Assembly (NCBI GenBank): GCA_028871115.1
Contig: JAGWOD010000002.1
Span: 2,144-66,143 of the forward strand
Length of the DNA stretch: 64,000 nt
Reading direction: 5' to 3'
Source: Patescibacteria group bacterium
Lineage (GTDB): Bacteria; Patescibacteriota; Minisyncoccia; Phycocordibacterales; SBAW01
A program made the position numbers and the translations under genes. Position 1 is the stretch's first letter. Every line of letters starts with the position of its first letter. The notes under the pieces are model-generated. The model made no database searches and was not told the origin of the DNA. It was given only the letters and a program-made list of their open reading frames with translations. Of this stretch, positions 10,386-19,533 are shown one piece after another.

Positions 10386-11150
10386 TTATTCGCGCAGCTC
10401 TTTGCCAGTAAGATCAATAAACACGTCTTCAAGGTTTGCCTGTTCGACATGCTGCTCTTTTTTAAATCCACGACCGAGCAGCTGTTGTATAAGATTCTTT
10501 GGCGTGTCGAGCGCGATAATTTTACCTTCATCCATTATGGCAATCCGGTCGCACAAGACATGCGCTTCATCCATATAGTGCGTAGTCATAATGACGGTGA
10601 CTCCCCGCTTTCGTACTGTCTCAACAAGCTCCCAAAGATTGCGCCTTGCCTGTGGGTCGAGTCCCGTAGTTGGTTCATCCATAAATAGGATCCTCGGATC
10701 ATGTACAAGAGCAACCGCGATCGAAAATCGCTGACGCTGGCCTCCAGAGAGTTCTTCAACATAAGAATTCACCTTATCGGCGAGCCCAACCTCCTCAAGC
10801 GAGCGCACTGGGTCGGCGAGCGTCCCATAGGCTGCAGCAAACATCTCGAGCACTTCACGTAGTTTTGTCCGATCCTGAAAACCAGGCGCCTGTGGTTGAA
10901 CACCGATGAGTTTTTTTATTTCCTGGGGCTGCTCTGCCACATCGACACCAAAGAGTGTAATACTTCCCGCAGTTATAGAATTGAGCGTCTCTATCATCTC
11001 AAGCGTCGTGGTTTTGCCTGCGCCATTGGGTCCGAGAATGCCGAATATTTCCCCCTCACGTACGTCGAACGAGACGCCGCGTACGGCCTCCGTCCCGTTA
11101 TCGTAGCGCTTCTCTACGTCGCGCAATGTAAGTACGGCCTTATTTGGCAT
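10386..11150 (-). CDS. ABC transporter ATP-binding protein
   Basis: GPNGAGKT, LSGGQ, MDEPTTGLD, TTHYMDEA. Confidence 0.92.
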   Translation of the reverse strand: MPNKAVLTLRDVEKRYDNGTEAVRGVSFDVREGEIFGILGPNGAGKTTTLEMIETLNSITAGSITLFGVDVAEQPQEIKKLIGVQPQAPGFQDRTKLREVLEMFAAAYGTLADPVRSLEEVGLADKVNSYVEELSGGQRQRFSIAVALVHDPRILFMDEPTTGLDPQARRNLWELVETVRKRGVTVIMTTHYMDEAHVLCDRIAIMDEGKIIALDTPKNLIQQLLGRGFKKEQHVEQANLEDVFIDLTGKELRE

Positions 11151-11319
11151 GGAAGCATCAGTATATCAAAGTGGAGGTTTTGAACATGGCCCCGGCGGAA
11201 CAACACCTGCCAGCCTGTGAGGATGTCGGGACCATCGAGGAATATTAGCGCCTCTATTCTCTGCTTTTAAATATAAACCTGCTGTATCCGAAATCGATTC
11301 TCGTCCTGAAAAGGTTTGT

Positions 11320-12006
11320 CTACTCTGCCGGGTATCCCGGAAAATCGTCCAACTTTATGCGATCGGCAGTAACACCCATGCCCCTTATGACTTCAGCTAA
11401 ACTTTTAACCATAGGCTCAGGGCCAGAAATATAGAACGTGGGCTTGGTGAGATCTGGTACAAGTTTCTTGATTTGATTTTCATCAATGCGCTCCGGCGCA
11501 GTGACGTAATGCACGACAAGGTCAGAGTTATTTTTCTGGAATGCATCTAACTCCTTTTTGTAGGGCACGTTTGCATCTCGGTTTGCGTACAGAAGCGTAG
11601 CGCGGAGATGCACTCCGGCATGATCAGCTTCTTTAAGGATCGAGTGAAATGGCGTAATACCGATGCCACCCGCTATGAAAACATATTCCCCTGCTGAATT
11701 GTCGACTACAAAATCGCCTTCAACTGCGGATATTTCGATCGAATCGCCAATTTGAAGCGCCATAAGCGCAGCCTTAAAACTGCTCCCCTTTTCAGCTGCA
11801 ATTCTGGTGGTAATCATCACTTCCTCTTCAAACGGAGCGGAAGCTACCGTGAACCAACGATCAGAACCACGATTATCCGTTGGCTCGTGATGGAGCACGT
11901 AATGCAAGTACTGTCCGGCTTTCCACGTGAGTGGTTCTTCGGGCTTGAAGATAAAGGATTCCACACCAGGGATCTCAGTTCTTTTTCGAGTAAGCTGTAA
12001 TTTCAT
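11320..12006 (-). CDS. FAD/NAD(P)-binding oxidoreductase, ferredoxin-NADP reductase family
   Basis: KAGQY, RWFTVAS, FIAGGIGITPF, YISGP..MV, DDFPGY. Confidence 0.88.
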   Translation of the reverse strand: MKLQLTRKRTEIPGVESFIFKPEEPLTWKAGQYLHYVLHHEPTDNRGSDRWFTVASAPFEEEVMITTRIAAEKGSSFKAALMALQIGDSIEISAVEGDFVVDNSAGEYVFIAGGIGITPFHSILKEADHAGVHLRATLLYANRDANVPYKKELDAFQKNNSDLVVHYVTAPERIDENQIKKLVPDLTKPTFYISGPEPMVKSLAEVIRGMGVTADRIKLDDFPGYPAE

Positions 12007-12010
12007 ATAT

Positions 12011-12322
12011 TTATTGAACTGCTTTGATAACCGTCCGCACTAATTCATCTTGAACATTGGGTCTAAAGTATACAGTCCTACCTTCTTTCTCACGTATAAC
12101 CAATTTTGTGACCTCAAGTATTTTGAGATGCTGCGAAGCAAGAGACATGGAGATACCAAATGTGCGCGAGACGTCACTGACACAGAGTCGATCGCGCTTA
12201 AGGAAGCTGCGGAATATCTTGCAGCGACGCGGGTCACCCAAAGCACTGAAGACAATCGGCAGACGATGGTCTTCGCGCTTTAAAAGTGACTGCAATTTTT
12301 GTATTTCCTTAGGATTCAGCAT
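12011..12322 (-). CDS. ArsR/SmtB family transcriptional regulator
   Basis: FSALGDPRR..I...LCVSD...SQHLKILE...V...EGR.VY. Confidence 0.9.
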   Translation of the reverse strand: MLNPKEIQKLQSLLKREDHRLPIVFSALGDPRRCKIFRSFLKRDRLCVSDVSRTFGISMSLASQHLKILEVTKLVIREKEGRTVYFRPNVQDELVRTVIKAVQ

Positions 12323-12333
12323 TACCTCTTATC

Positions 12334-12741
12334 TTACATGCTCTCTTTAACAAGTTTTAGCTGTTCTACGGCAACAGTGAGTTCCGCGAGTGCTAGGGCT
12401 CCAACGGCAAGCAATAGATCTCGTATAGCAATATCGATATAGCCGAGCATCAGAAGATTAATCGCTATAAGGACCAACCATACGACAGAAAGATACCCGC
12501 CAATGCGTGGCCATTTAGTAACTAACATAATAGCTACTACTATCTCGACCACACCCATAGCACCCAAAAAGACACCAGTACTTACTGGTAAGTAACTCGC
12601 GACCAAGGGGCTAATATATTTTGGCCAGAACACAATAAAGTCTGTACCCAAGAGCTTATCTAGCCCTGCCAATAGGAGCACTGCGCCATATGCATAGCGA
12701 AGTACGTTCCATGAAAACACTACCCTCTTTGTTCCTTCCAT
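12334..12741 (-). CDS. DoxX-like membrane protein
   Basis: LR...AGLDK...W.KY...GVVEI...W...I.INL...DIAIRD; start trimmed to MEGTK. Confidence 0.7.
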   Translation of the reverse strand: MEGTKRVVFSWNVLRYAYGAVLLLAGLDKLLGTDFIVFWPKYISPLVASYLPVSTGVFLGAMGVVEIVVAIMLVTKWPRIGGYLSVVWLVLIAINLLMLGYIDIAIRDLLLAVGALALAELTVAVEQLKLVKESM

Positions 12742-12759
12742 ACAATTTAAATACATTAA

Positions 12760-12783
12760 ATACTTTAATAACTATTAAAGTAT
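12760..12783. promoter_or_regulatory. Inverted repeat operator (11-2-11), probable ArsR-family binding site
   Basis: ATACTTTAATA-ac-TATTAAAGTAT directly upstream of the DoxX-ArsR-FNR operon; resembles the 12-2-12 sites of ArsR/SmtB. Confidence 0.65.
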
Positions 12784-12863
12784 AGTAAATGCACTTATAA
12801 CCGTCAAGCCTCTGCTTAGTTCTTTGTCCTTATCAGATCCTTAGTGGAATCAATACACAGCGA

Positions 12864-12890
12864 GAGGCGGCCCTGTGTTAGGGCCGCCTC
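12864..12890 (-). terminator. Hairpin downstream of hypothetical gene 12894-13313
   Basis: GAGGCGGCCCT-gtgtt-AGGGCCGCCTC stem; weak U tract. Confidence 0.55.
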
Positions 12891-12893
12891 GTG

Positions 12894-13313
12894 TCAGCTA
12901 ATCGTACTCTCGAGAGGCCGCCGCTTTTCTCTAGCCTCACACCAGCTAGACAAGTGGTCAACCTGGAGGCCACAACCTTGAGCCTCTTCAAAAATCGCAT
13001 GATGGAACTCATGCATCGAGTCGAGGGCCCAGCCGAACGTCTCGGGAAGGAATGCGTCGCTGTTGTATCTTTCAGTCAGATTCCTAAGACCTTTCTTAGT
13101 CATTGCCGCACAGAAGTCGAACAAGTTGGTGTACGACAACTCTTGGTCAGCGAGCGCTTTCCAACCAGGATCTTCCCTGCCGAAGTAGATCACACGCGAG
13201 GTACAATGCGCGTCTTTGTAACGATCCATGTAACCGCAGGCCGAATCTGTCCTTCCCGTCCGTTCGATACGGCGGCGGAGCTTTTCGAAAAACTCTCCAA
13301 AGGTGGAGACCAT
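12894..13313 (-). CDS. Hypothetical protein
   Basis: 139 aa ORF with AAGGAG SD upstream and a hairpin downstream; preferred over the antisense ORF 12891-13358. Confidence 0.55.
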   Translation of the reverse strand: MVSTFGEFFEKLRRRIERTGRTDSACGYMDRYKDAHCTSRVIYFGREDPGWKALADQELSYTNLFDFCAAMTKKGLRNLTERYNSDAFLPETFGWALDSMHEFHHAIFEEAQGCGLQVDHLSSWCEAREKRRPLESTIS

Positions 13314-13465
13314 GTAAACGTACTCCTTGGTTATTTCTATTTTGACTGTACCATATAGAAACTAAAAACGATTGTTGGCCTCCTCGGTCTCGTACTTTTC
13401 CCAGTGCAACCCTGTAAGGCTTTTCTGATGCTTTTAATCTATCATTTCAACGCTTCTCGGAATAG

Positions 13466-13945
13466 TCACGGATTGTAAGAAAATAAATTTCCTGGGTCAG
13501 TAATTGCTTTTGTTGAAAAGCAAACAAAATTTCCAAAACTTTCTAACATACCTGTATTATCAACTTCTTGAGCCCACCCTGAATATAGGGTGCATGAAGA
13601 AAATATGTTGTTTTTCCACTCTATAGAACCTGTAATTTGAGTTGCTGGAGCGTGCGTAATAACAAAATTAAAAGAAGATTTATATGGAGATCCTTCAGGA
13701 GTTAAAGGTAAGCCTGTGCTAGTTGAATTGAGAAAGGATACGGAATAATTAAAAGAAGGGGCTGGAAATTGATTTGCGTTTACGATATTTCCGTTCCCTT
13801 GGATTTGTACTGCGCCAGGAGAATCTTTTAAGTTTTGCGGGGCATATTTGGTGCCGCTCACAAATATCCAACCCCCTACAGTCAGAAGTACCGTTACAAC
13901 TATTCCAACTATGGTAATCTTTTGATTCTTTGAAAAGCTTATCAT
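13466..13945 (-). CDS. Hypothetical membrane-anchored protein
   Basis: N-terminal TM, AT-rich coding sequence, GAGGAG upstream. Confidence 0.6.
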   Translation of the reverse strand: MISFSKNQKITIVGIVVTVLLTVGGWIFVSGTKYAPQNLKDSPGAVQIQGNGNIVNANQFPAPSFNYSVSFLNSTSTGLPLTPEGSPYKSSFNFVITHAPATQITGSIEWKNNIFSSCTLYSGWAQEVDNTGMLESFGNFVCFSTKAITDPGNLFSYNP

Positions 13946-14073
13946 GCTCCTCGAAGTTCGAACCTATCTCAAACTGGCTGGCCGTCTCGAGACCGAACCA
14001 TCGTCAACTTTACCCTACTTGATGGAATAGCTACATTTTACACTTTCCAAACGACGCGTCTCGAGCGCAGATT

Positions 14074-14805
14074 TTATTGACTTGTTCCAAATTTTTTGAA
14101 ATTTACTCCAGTCTCTTGCTTCATTTTTTCAACTCCTTTATTTAGCTCGATTATTTCTCCCTGTATCTCATCTTCAGAGATTGTGAAATCCCAATCAGTA
14201 CAAAAGAGAGTGCAGAGGATACGATTCTGTCCATCAATTTTTCTCAAGTAGATTCTTGTCGTTGCAAGCAATCGCAACATCCAAGTATCTATACGTCCTT
14301 CAATTGCAGCAGAAATCTCTCCTAAAGAACGAGCTAAATAGTCGATACTCTCTGGAGCAAGCGTTCGATTTGCAAGTTTTGCATCCTCAAATCTAGTCAG
14401 CGCACGATTTTTGGCGGCGAAATCCTCATTCAGACGAGTAATAGAACGACTATAGAAATTATATTTATTGATAATATCTATACTTGCCAATTCCATCAAA
14501 ATATCCGTATCCAATCTGAGTAATTTAAATCTATAATCCGTTACTGCATTTGCTTCCACGATTTTTTTCGTATCGTCCGCGTGTATTTTCGCAATGAGCA
14601 GCTCGTCGGCATGCTCATGCATAAGACGTTCCAGTTTTATTAATGCATTGCGATGCCTGACAAATTTCTCCCGCTTCTTTGTGTAATAAAAAGTTATAAG
14701 TCCAAATATAAAAGCAAAGAATGCTCCAAGAAACGGACCCCAGAATAAGGAGCTAGTCGTGGCACTCCCATCTACTTGTACAAAATGATGGAAATGTGAG
14801 TACAT
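14074..14805 (-). CDS. Hypothetical protein with N-terminal TM and helical domain
   Basis: 243 aa AT-rich ORF, TM FWGPFLGAFFAFIFGLITFYY. Confidence 0.6.
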   Translation of the reverse strand: MYSHFHHFVQVDGSATTSSLFWGPFLGAFFAFIFGLITFYYTKKREKFVRHRNALIKLERLMHEHADELLIAKIHADDTKKIVEANAVTDYRFKLLRLDTDILMELASIDIINKYNFYSRSITRLNEDFAAKNRALTRFEDAKLANRTLAPESIDYLARSLGEISAAIEGRIDTWMLRLLATTRIYLRKIDGQNRILCTLFCTDWDFTISEDEIQGEIIELNKGVEKMKQETGVNFKKFGTSQ

Positions 14806-14808
14806 AAT

Positions 14809-15456
14809 TTATTTAACCTTCGGATTATCTAGTACGTCACCCTCCTCAAGACGTATACGACGGTCGTCCAAAATCTCTCCATGGTATTTCCAATAGGCAG
14901 GACCTTGCTCTAACCACTTACTCCCGAGTGCAATCTGGGCAGCCCTCGAAAGGGACATGGTTTCGTCTTGAAATTCAACATGCTTAAAATCTGGTGCTAC
15001 GCGGCAAGTAACATTTTCGTCACGCGTAAATGTAAGTATTGCTCCGGGTGAAATATCAACCATCTTAAAATTGAAAGCGGCTCGTCTTTCTCGTGCTTCT
15101 TTTATAGCAGCTGCATCCTCCTTAGATTCAATTCCGGCATCACGTGACGGGGTGACTTCTTCCAGACCGATGTATTTTAAAAACGCGATTGCACGCTCTG
15201 GGGCGAGAATAAAAAATTCTCTTTTGGGATTTTTCCTATGGTCATCAAAGGCTTCGTGAAGCGCTTTCTCTGCGGCATCCATGTCAGCGACGCGCACGGC
15301 ATAGACGCATTCGAATGGCAGCGGCACCGAAGTCGTTCGCGATAACTCCAAGACTCTTTGTTCCACTGAGGTAGTTGTCTTTCCAATTTTTATATACCCT
15401 GGCATCGCCTCATTTACGAGGACATATATGATGCCTTGATTTTTTATGTCTGCCAT
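14809..15456 (-). CDS. GIY-YIG nuclease family protein (T5orf172-like domain)
   Basis: GIIYVLVNEAMPGYIKIGKT...R..EL..TSVPLPF...E..LH..F..R.NPKREFF; true start MADIK (the longer ORF reads through tRNA-Gln). Confidence 0.85.
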   Translation of the reverse strand: MADIKNQGIIYVLVNEAMPGYIKIGKTTTSVEQRVLELSRTTSVPLPFECVYAVRVADMDAAEKALHEAFDDHRKNPKREFFILAPERAIAFLKYIGLEEVTPSRDAGIESKEDAAAIKEARERRAAFNFKMVDISPGAILTFTRDENVTCRVAPDFKHVEFQDETMSLSRAAQIALGSKWLEQGPAYWKYHGEILDDRRIRLEEGDVLDNPKVK

Positions 15457-15525
15457 AATTGGATCGTATCGCTTGGTAATAGCATTGTAGACAACGCGTC
15501 TCGAGCGGGATAACCTATCACGACT

Positions 15526-15599
15526 TGGCTGCCGGGCTTGGACTCGAACCAAGATAAACGGATCCAGAGTCCGTTGTCCTACCATTAGACGACCCGGCA
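15526..15599 (-). tRNA. tRNA-Gln(CTG), CCA encoded
   Basis: TGCCGGG acceptor, ACGGA-CTCTGGA-TCCGT anticodon arm, GTTCGAGTC T-loop. Confidence 0.95.
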
Positions 15600-15641
15600 A
15601 TACAGGGAAACGATAGCTGAAATCACCTAAAATCTCAACTA

Positions 15642-16088
15642 TTAGCCGGTGATAGAATCAAAATCTTTGAGTATCTGCGGAGCGTGAACAGCCGGATCAA
15701 CCTTTGGATATGTTTTTTGTATAACTCCTTTGGAGTCAATAAGGAAGGAAATGCGTTTAGTGAAAAGTCCTCCTGCAGCGCCATAGGCTTTGACTACCTT
15801 CCCTTCCGGATCAGCCAGAAGCGTGAATGGAAGGTTATATTTCTCCTCAAATTTTTTATGACTCTCAACCGAGTCCTTACTCACGCCAAAGACCGTGATG
15901 CCTCGCTTCTTGTATTCGTCCCACGCGTCGCGTATGCCGCAGGCTTCCTTAGTGCAGCCCGAAGTATCATCCTTGGGATAGAAATAGAGGAGAACAAAAC
16001 GCCCTCGCTCGCTCGAGAGCGAGTGCAACGCGCCGTTTTGATCAGGCAGCGAGAAATCGGGTGCTTCTTCTCCTTCTTTAACCATCAT
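15642..16088 (-). CDS. bcp: Thioredoxin-dependent peroxiredoxin Bcp
   Basis: YFYPKDDTSGCTKEAC, GVSKDS..SH..F..KY.LPF.LLAD. Confidence 0.92.
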   Translation of the reverse strand: MMVKEGEEAPDFSLPDQNGALHSLSSERGRFVLLYFYPKDDTSGCTKEACGIRDAWDEYKKRGITVFGVSKDSVESHKKFEEKYNLPFTLLADPEGKVVKAYGAAGGLFTKRISFLIDSKGVIQKTYPKVDPAVHAPQILKDFDSITG

Positions 16089-16094
16089 GTAAAG

Positions 16095-17774
16095 CTAGCG
16101 CTGCGCAGCTGAAGCTTCCGTTAACGATACGGAGTGTATAGAGGCTTTTTCCTCTGCCGCACGCATAAATCCGACAAAGAGCGGGTGCGGCGAGAGTGGC
16201 CGGGCAAGGAATTCTGGATGGAACTGAGTCCCGAGAAAGAACGGATGAACGTCTTTGGGAAGTTCTGCTATTTCCATAAGCACTCCATCAGGAGAGGTAC
16301 CTGAGAAGACAAGGCCGGCTTTTTGAATCTGCGGCATGAAGCGCGGATTCACTTCGTAGCGATGACGATGGCGTTCCGAAATTTCCTTTTTCCCGTAAGC
16401 CTTCCCCGCAATACTCCCCTCTTTGAGAACACACGGATAGGAACCCAGACGCATCGTTCCACCGTAGCGGCTCTCCGCGACATTTTTTCTCTGACTCTCC
16501 ATGATAGCGATGACAGGATAGGAAGTTTTTTCATCAATCTCGGTTGTATGAGCGCCCGAGAGTCCAGCAACGTTGCGCGCATATTCAACAACCATAAGTT
16601 GCATACCATAGCAGAGGCCGAAATAGGGAATCTTATTTTCTCGCGCATAGCGGATGACTTTGAGCTTCCCTTCGATGCCCGTCTCGCCAAATCCTCCGGG
16701 GATAAGAATGCCCCCGTAGGCATCAAGCGTCGAGAGCGGAAGCTTCCCCGATTCGAAATCCTTGGAATTAAGGTACGTGAGCCGAGGCTTGGCATTGAGG
16801 TGGTACGCCGCGCCCTTGAGCGCTTCAAGGACTGAGATATAGACATCGGAGAGAACAAAGCTCCCCGAATCAAAGTACTTCCCTACGATGGCAATATCGA
16901 TGACTGAAGCGCCGTTGTGGGAGCGCTCTGCAAAGGCTTCCCAGTCGGAGAGTTCCGCGCTGCGCTTTGGGAGGTCGAGTACTTTTTCAAGGATATCGCC
17001 AAGCCCATCTTTCTCGTAATTGAGCGGCACATCGTAAATACTTTCAACATCCGGCGCCGAGATAACCCGCTCGGGCAAGATATTACAAAAGACCGCTATC
17101 TTTTCCTTTCGTTTGGTGTCAATCGGCACTGTGGCGCGTGCAAGAATAATATCTGCCTGGAGTCCCACAGAGTTGAGTGTGCGTGCCGCATACTGCGTGG
17201 GTTTGGTCTTCATCTCCCCAATGTTGTGGGGAATAGGCACGTAGGAGACCATGACAACCGCTACATCGCGCGGGAACTCTTGCTTGAGCATGCGAGCGGC
17301 TTCAAGAAATATGATGTTCTGATATTCACCAATCGTCCCCCCTATCTCGATGAGGGTCACATCGGCCTTTGAAGCGGCCTGAGCAGCAGTGATGCGGCGC
17401 AGGACCTCAAGCGGAATATCGGGAACCACTTCGACGTTCTTGCCTTTGTATTCGAGATTGCGCTCGCGCTCGATGACGCTGAGATACACGCGTCCTGTGG
17501 TCATGTAATTGATCTCGGGGAGCGACTCATCGAGGAAGCGCTCGTAGTTGCCCATATCCTGATCCGTCTCGTATCCATCCTCGAGTACGAAGACTTCCCC
17601 GTGCTCCGTCGGGTTCATAGTTCCCGCGTCGACGTTGATATAAGGATCTATCTTTATGGCCGTTACCCTGAGGCCTTTGGATTTGAGGATTCGTCCGATG
17701 GCCGAGGTGGCGATACCTTTGCCGATGCCACTCATGACCCCGCCTACGACGAATATGTATTTGGGCTGCGCCAT
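16095..17774 (-). CDS. pyrG: CTP synthase
   Basis: GGVMSGIGKG, KIDPYINVDAGTMNPTEHGEV, KTKPTQ, GLCYGMQ, ERHRHRYE, QFHPE. Confidence 0.98.
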   Translation of the reverse strand: MAQPKYIFVVGGVMSGIGKGIATSAIGRILKSKGLRVTAIKIDPYINVDAGTMNPTEHGEVFVLEDGYETDQDMGNYERFLDESLPEINYMTTGRVYLSVIERERNLEYKGKNVEVVPDIPLEVLRRITAAQAASKADVTLIEIGGTIGEYQNIIFLEAARMLKQEFPRDVAVVMVSYVPIPHNIGEMKTKPTQYAARTLNSVGLQADIILARATVPIDTKRKEKIAVFCNILPERVISAPDVESIYDVPLNYEKDGLGDILEKVLDLPKRSAELSDWEAFAERSHNGASVIDIAIVGKYFDSGSFVLSDVYISVLEALKGAAYHLNAKPRLTYLNSKDFESGKLPLSTLDAYGGILIPGGFGETGIEGKLKVIRYARENKIPYFGLCYGMQLMVVEYARNVAGLSGAHTTEIDEKTSYPVIAIMESQRKNVAESRYGGTMRLGSYPCVLKEGSIAGKAYGKKEISERHRHRYEVNPRFMPQIQKAGLVFSGTSPDGVLMEIAELPKDVHPFFLGTQFHPEFLARPLSPHPLFVGFMRAAEEKASIHSVSLTEASAAQR

Positions 17775-17783
17775 TGGAATATA

Positions 17784-18737
17784 TTACAGCTTAAGGTAGC
17801 GCCTTGTCGCAAGGTAGCTTGCCACCGCCCCGAGAAGCACTCCCGCGCCGATAATAAGCAGGAAGAAAAGCCCAAAATGAGAAATATAGTAACTGAAGAC
17901 ATTGATGCCACCGAAGAAATTCTCCGTGGCTTGCCCAAGCCAGTACGTAAGAGGATAGTACAGAATGAGCGTCACGATACCCGAGACGAGCCCGTAGAGC
18001 ATGGCTTCAACGAGGAACGGCGCCCTAATGTAGCTGCGCGGGGCTCCCACGAGCTGCATTACCGATATCTCATCTCTGCTCGTGTAGATGGCGAGGCGCA
18101 CCGTATTAAACGAGATAGCTATCGTCACGAGGGCGAGGATGACGATGATGACAAGACCAAGCTTTTCGGCGGAGTCCGTCACGTTCTGGAGCGTGGTTAT
18201 CGCCTCTTGATGGGCGGTATCAAAGTAATTGACCTTGTCGATAATGGAGGAGGATGAAGAATTAGTACCCCCGAGCGCTTCCTGCTGTTGAAGATACTGC
18301 GCGATAGCGCCGTACTCGGAGATATCTTTTGCCTTTATGGTAAGCACTGCGCCGAGCGGATTGGAACCAAGCTCCGAGAGTGCCTGGAGAGTCAGCTGGT
18401 CGTTCTGATGACGCTCCTCAAAAGCTGCGAGCTCATCGGTTGCAGAGGTATAAGTAGTTGTCGCCACTTCAGGGAGAGTATTTATCTGCTGCTGGAGAGA
18501 CATAATCTGATCCACAGGAGCATCGGTGGTGAAATAGATGCTGATGTCGGCTTTGTCCTGAAGACTCTGCAGCGTCTCGTTGAGAATGATCCCCGTGAAA
18601 ACAACGAGGCCCAAGACAAAGAGCGTGAGCGTCATCATAAGGATAGAAGAGAGCGTAACGAACCCGTTGCGCCAGAAGCTCAAGAAGCCTGAGCGAAAGA
18701 CGCGCTTCGTATTGGTCCAGAATGATGAGCTCCTCAT
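17784..18737 (-). CDS. ftsX: Cell division permease FtsX
   Basis: FWRNG...NPL...NTVRLAIY.SRDEI.VMQLVGA...IR.PF; downstream of ftsE; start trimmed to MRSSS. Confidence 0.9.
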   Translation of the reverse strand: MRSSSFWTNTKRVFRSGFLSFWRNGFVTLSSILMMTLTLFVLGLVVFTGIILNETLQSLQDKADISIYFTTDAPVDQIMSLQQQINTLPEVATTTYTSATDELAAFEERHQNDQLTLQALSELGSNPLGAVLTIKAKDISEYGAIAQYLQQQEALGGTNSSSSSIIDKVNYFDTAHQEAITTLQNVTDSAEKLGLVIIVILALVTIAISFNTVRLAIYTSRDEISVMQLVGAPRSYIRAPFLVEAMLYGLVSGIVTLILYYPLTYWLGQATENFFGGINVFSYYISHFGLFFLLIIGAGVLLGAVASYLATRRYLKL

Positions 18738-18747
18738 AGTGTTTAGT

Positions 18748-19425
18748 TTACAATACGTACTTACCTTCCTTATCGTCTCGGATGACCTTTCCACGGTCCA
18801 TAGTGATGACTCGCTTCTTGAGACTGTCGATAACTCCTTTATTGTGGGTAGTAAGCATAACGGTCGTGCCAAGGTCGTTTATTTTCTTCAGAATCTGCAC
18901 CACCTCAAAGGTATTCACAGGGTCGAGGTTGCCTGTGGGCTCATCCGCAACAATCACATCCGGCTGATTGACGATGGCACGAGCTATAGCGACACGCTGC
19001 TGCTCGCCTCCCGAGAGCTGATGGGGGAAATGCCGCATCTTATCGCCAAGATCAACAAGCTCAAGTACGTGGGGAACATCTGAGGCAATCTCCTCTTCTG
19101 AGCGACCTGCTGCTTCCATGGCGAAGGCAATATTTTCATAGGCCGTCTTATCAGGTAGAAGGCGGAAATCTTGAAATACCGTCCCTATCTTGCGGCGCAC
19201 GGCGAATAACTGCCGTGGGGGCATTTCATGGATATTTTCCGACTGGAAAAAGACAGAGCCCGAGGTAGGGCGCTCTTCCGCAAGGAGCATCTTCATGAGT
19301 GTCGTCTTTCCTGCCCCACTGTGTCCCACGATGGAGAGAAATTCACCGGGTTCGACAGAGAAGCTGACATCCTCAAGCGCCGCTTCTCCTTTGTAGATCT
19401 TGGTGACTTTATCGTAATAGATCAT
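18748..19425 (-). CDS. ftsE: Cell division ATP-binding protein FtsE
   Basis: GHSGAGKT, VFQDFRLL, LSGGEQQRVAIARA, ADEPTGNLD. Confidence 0.95.
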   Translation of the reverse strand: MIYYDKVTKIYKGEAALEDVSFSVEPGEFLSIVGHSGAGKTTLMKMLLAEERPTSGSVFFQSENIHEMPPRQLFAVRRKIGTVFQDFRLLPDKTAYENIAFAMEAAGRSEEEIASDVPHVLELVDLGDKMRHFPHQLSGGEQQRVAIARAIVNQPDVIVADEPTGNLDPVNTFEVVQILKKINDLGTTVMLTTHNKGVIDSLKKRVITMDRGKVIRDDKEGKYVL

Positions 19426-19533
19426 CCTGTGAAGCCTTCAAAACGACAATGGCGGACACGCCGCCGTTACACACTCCATGATACCGCGCACAGGAGTAAG
19501 TGCAAAATTGGAAGGTCTATACTCAAAAATTTA

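Noticed and set aside
15457-15600. N-terminal extension of the GIY-YIG ORF (likewise 29827-29928, and ORFs 28865-29062 and 21026-21265)
   Set aside because: These frames read through tRNA genes and are ORF-caller artefacts.
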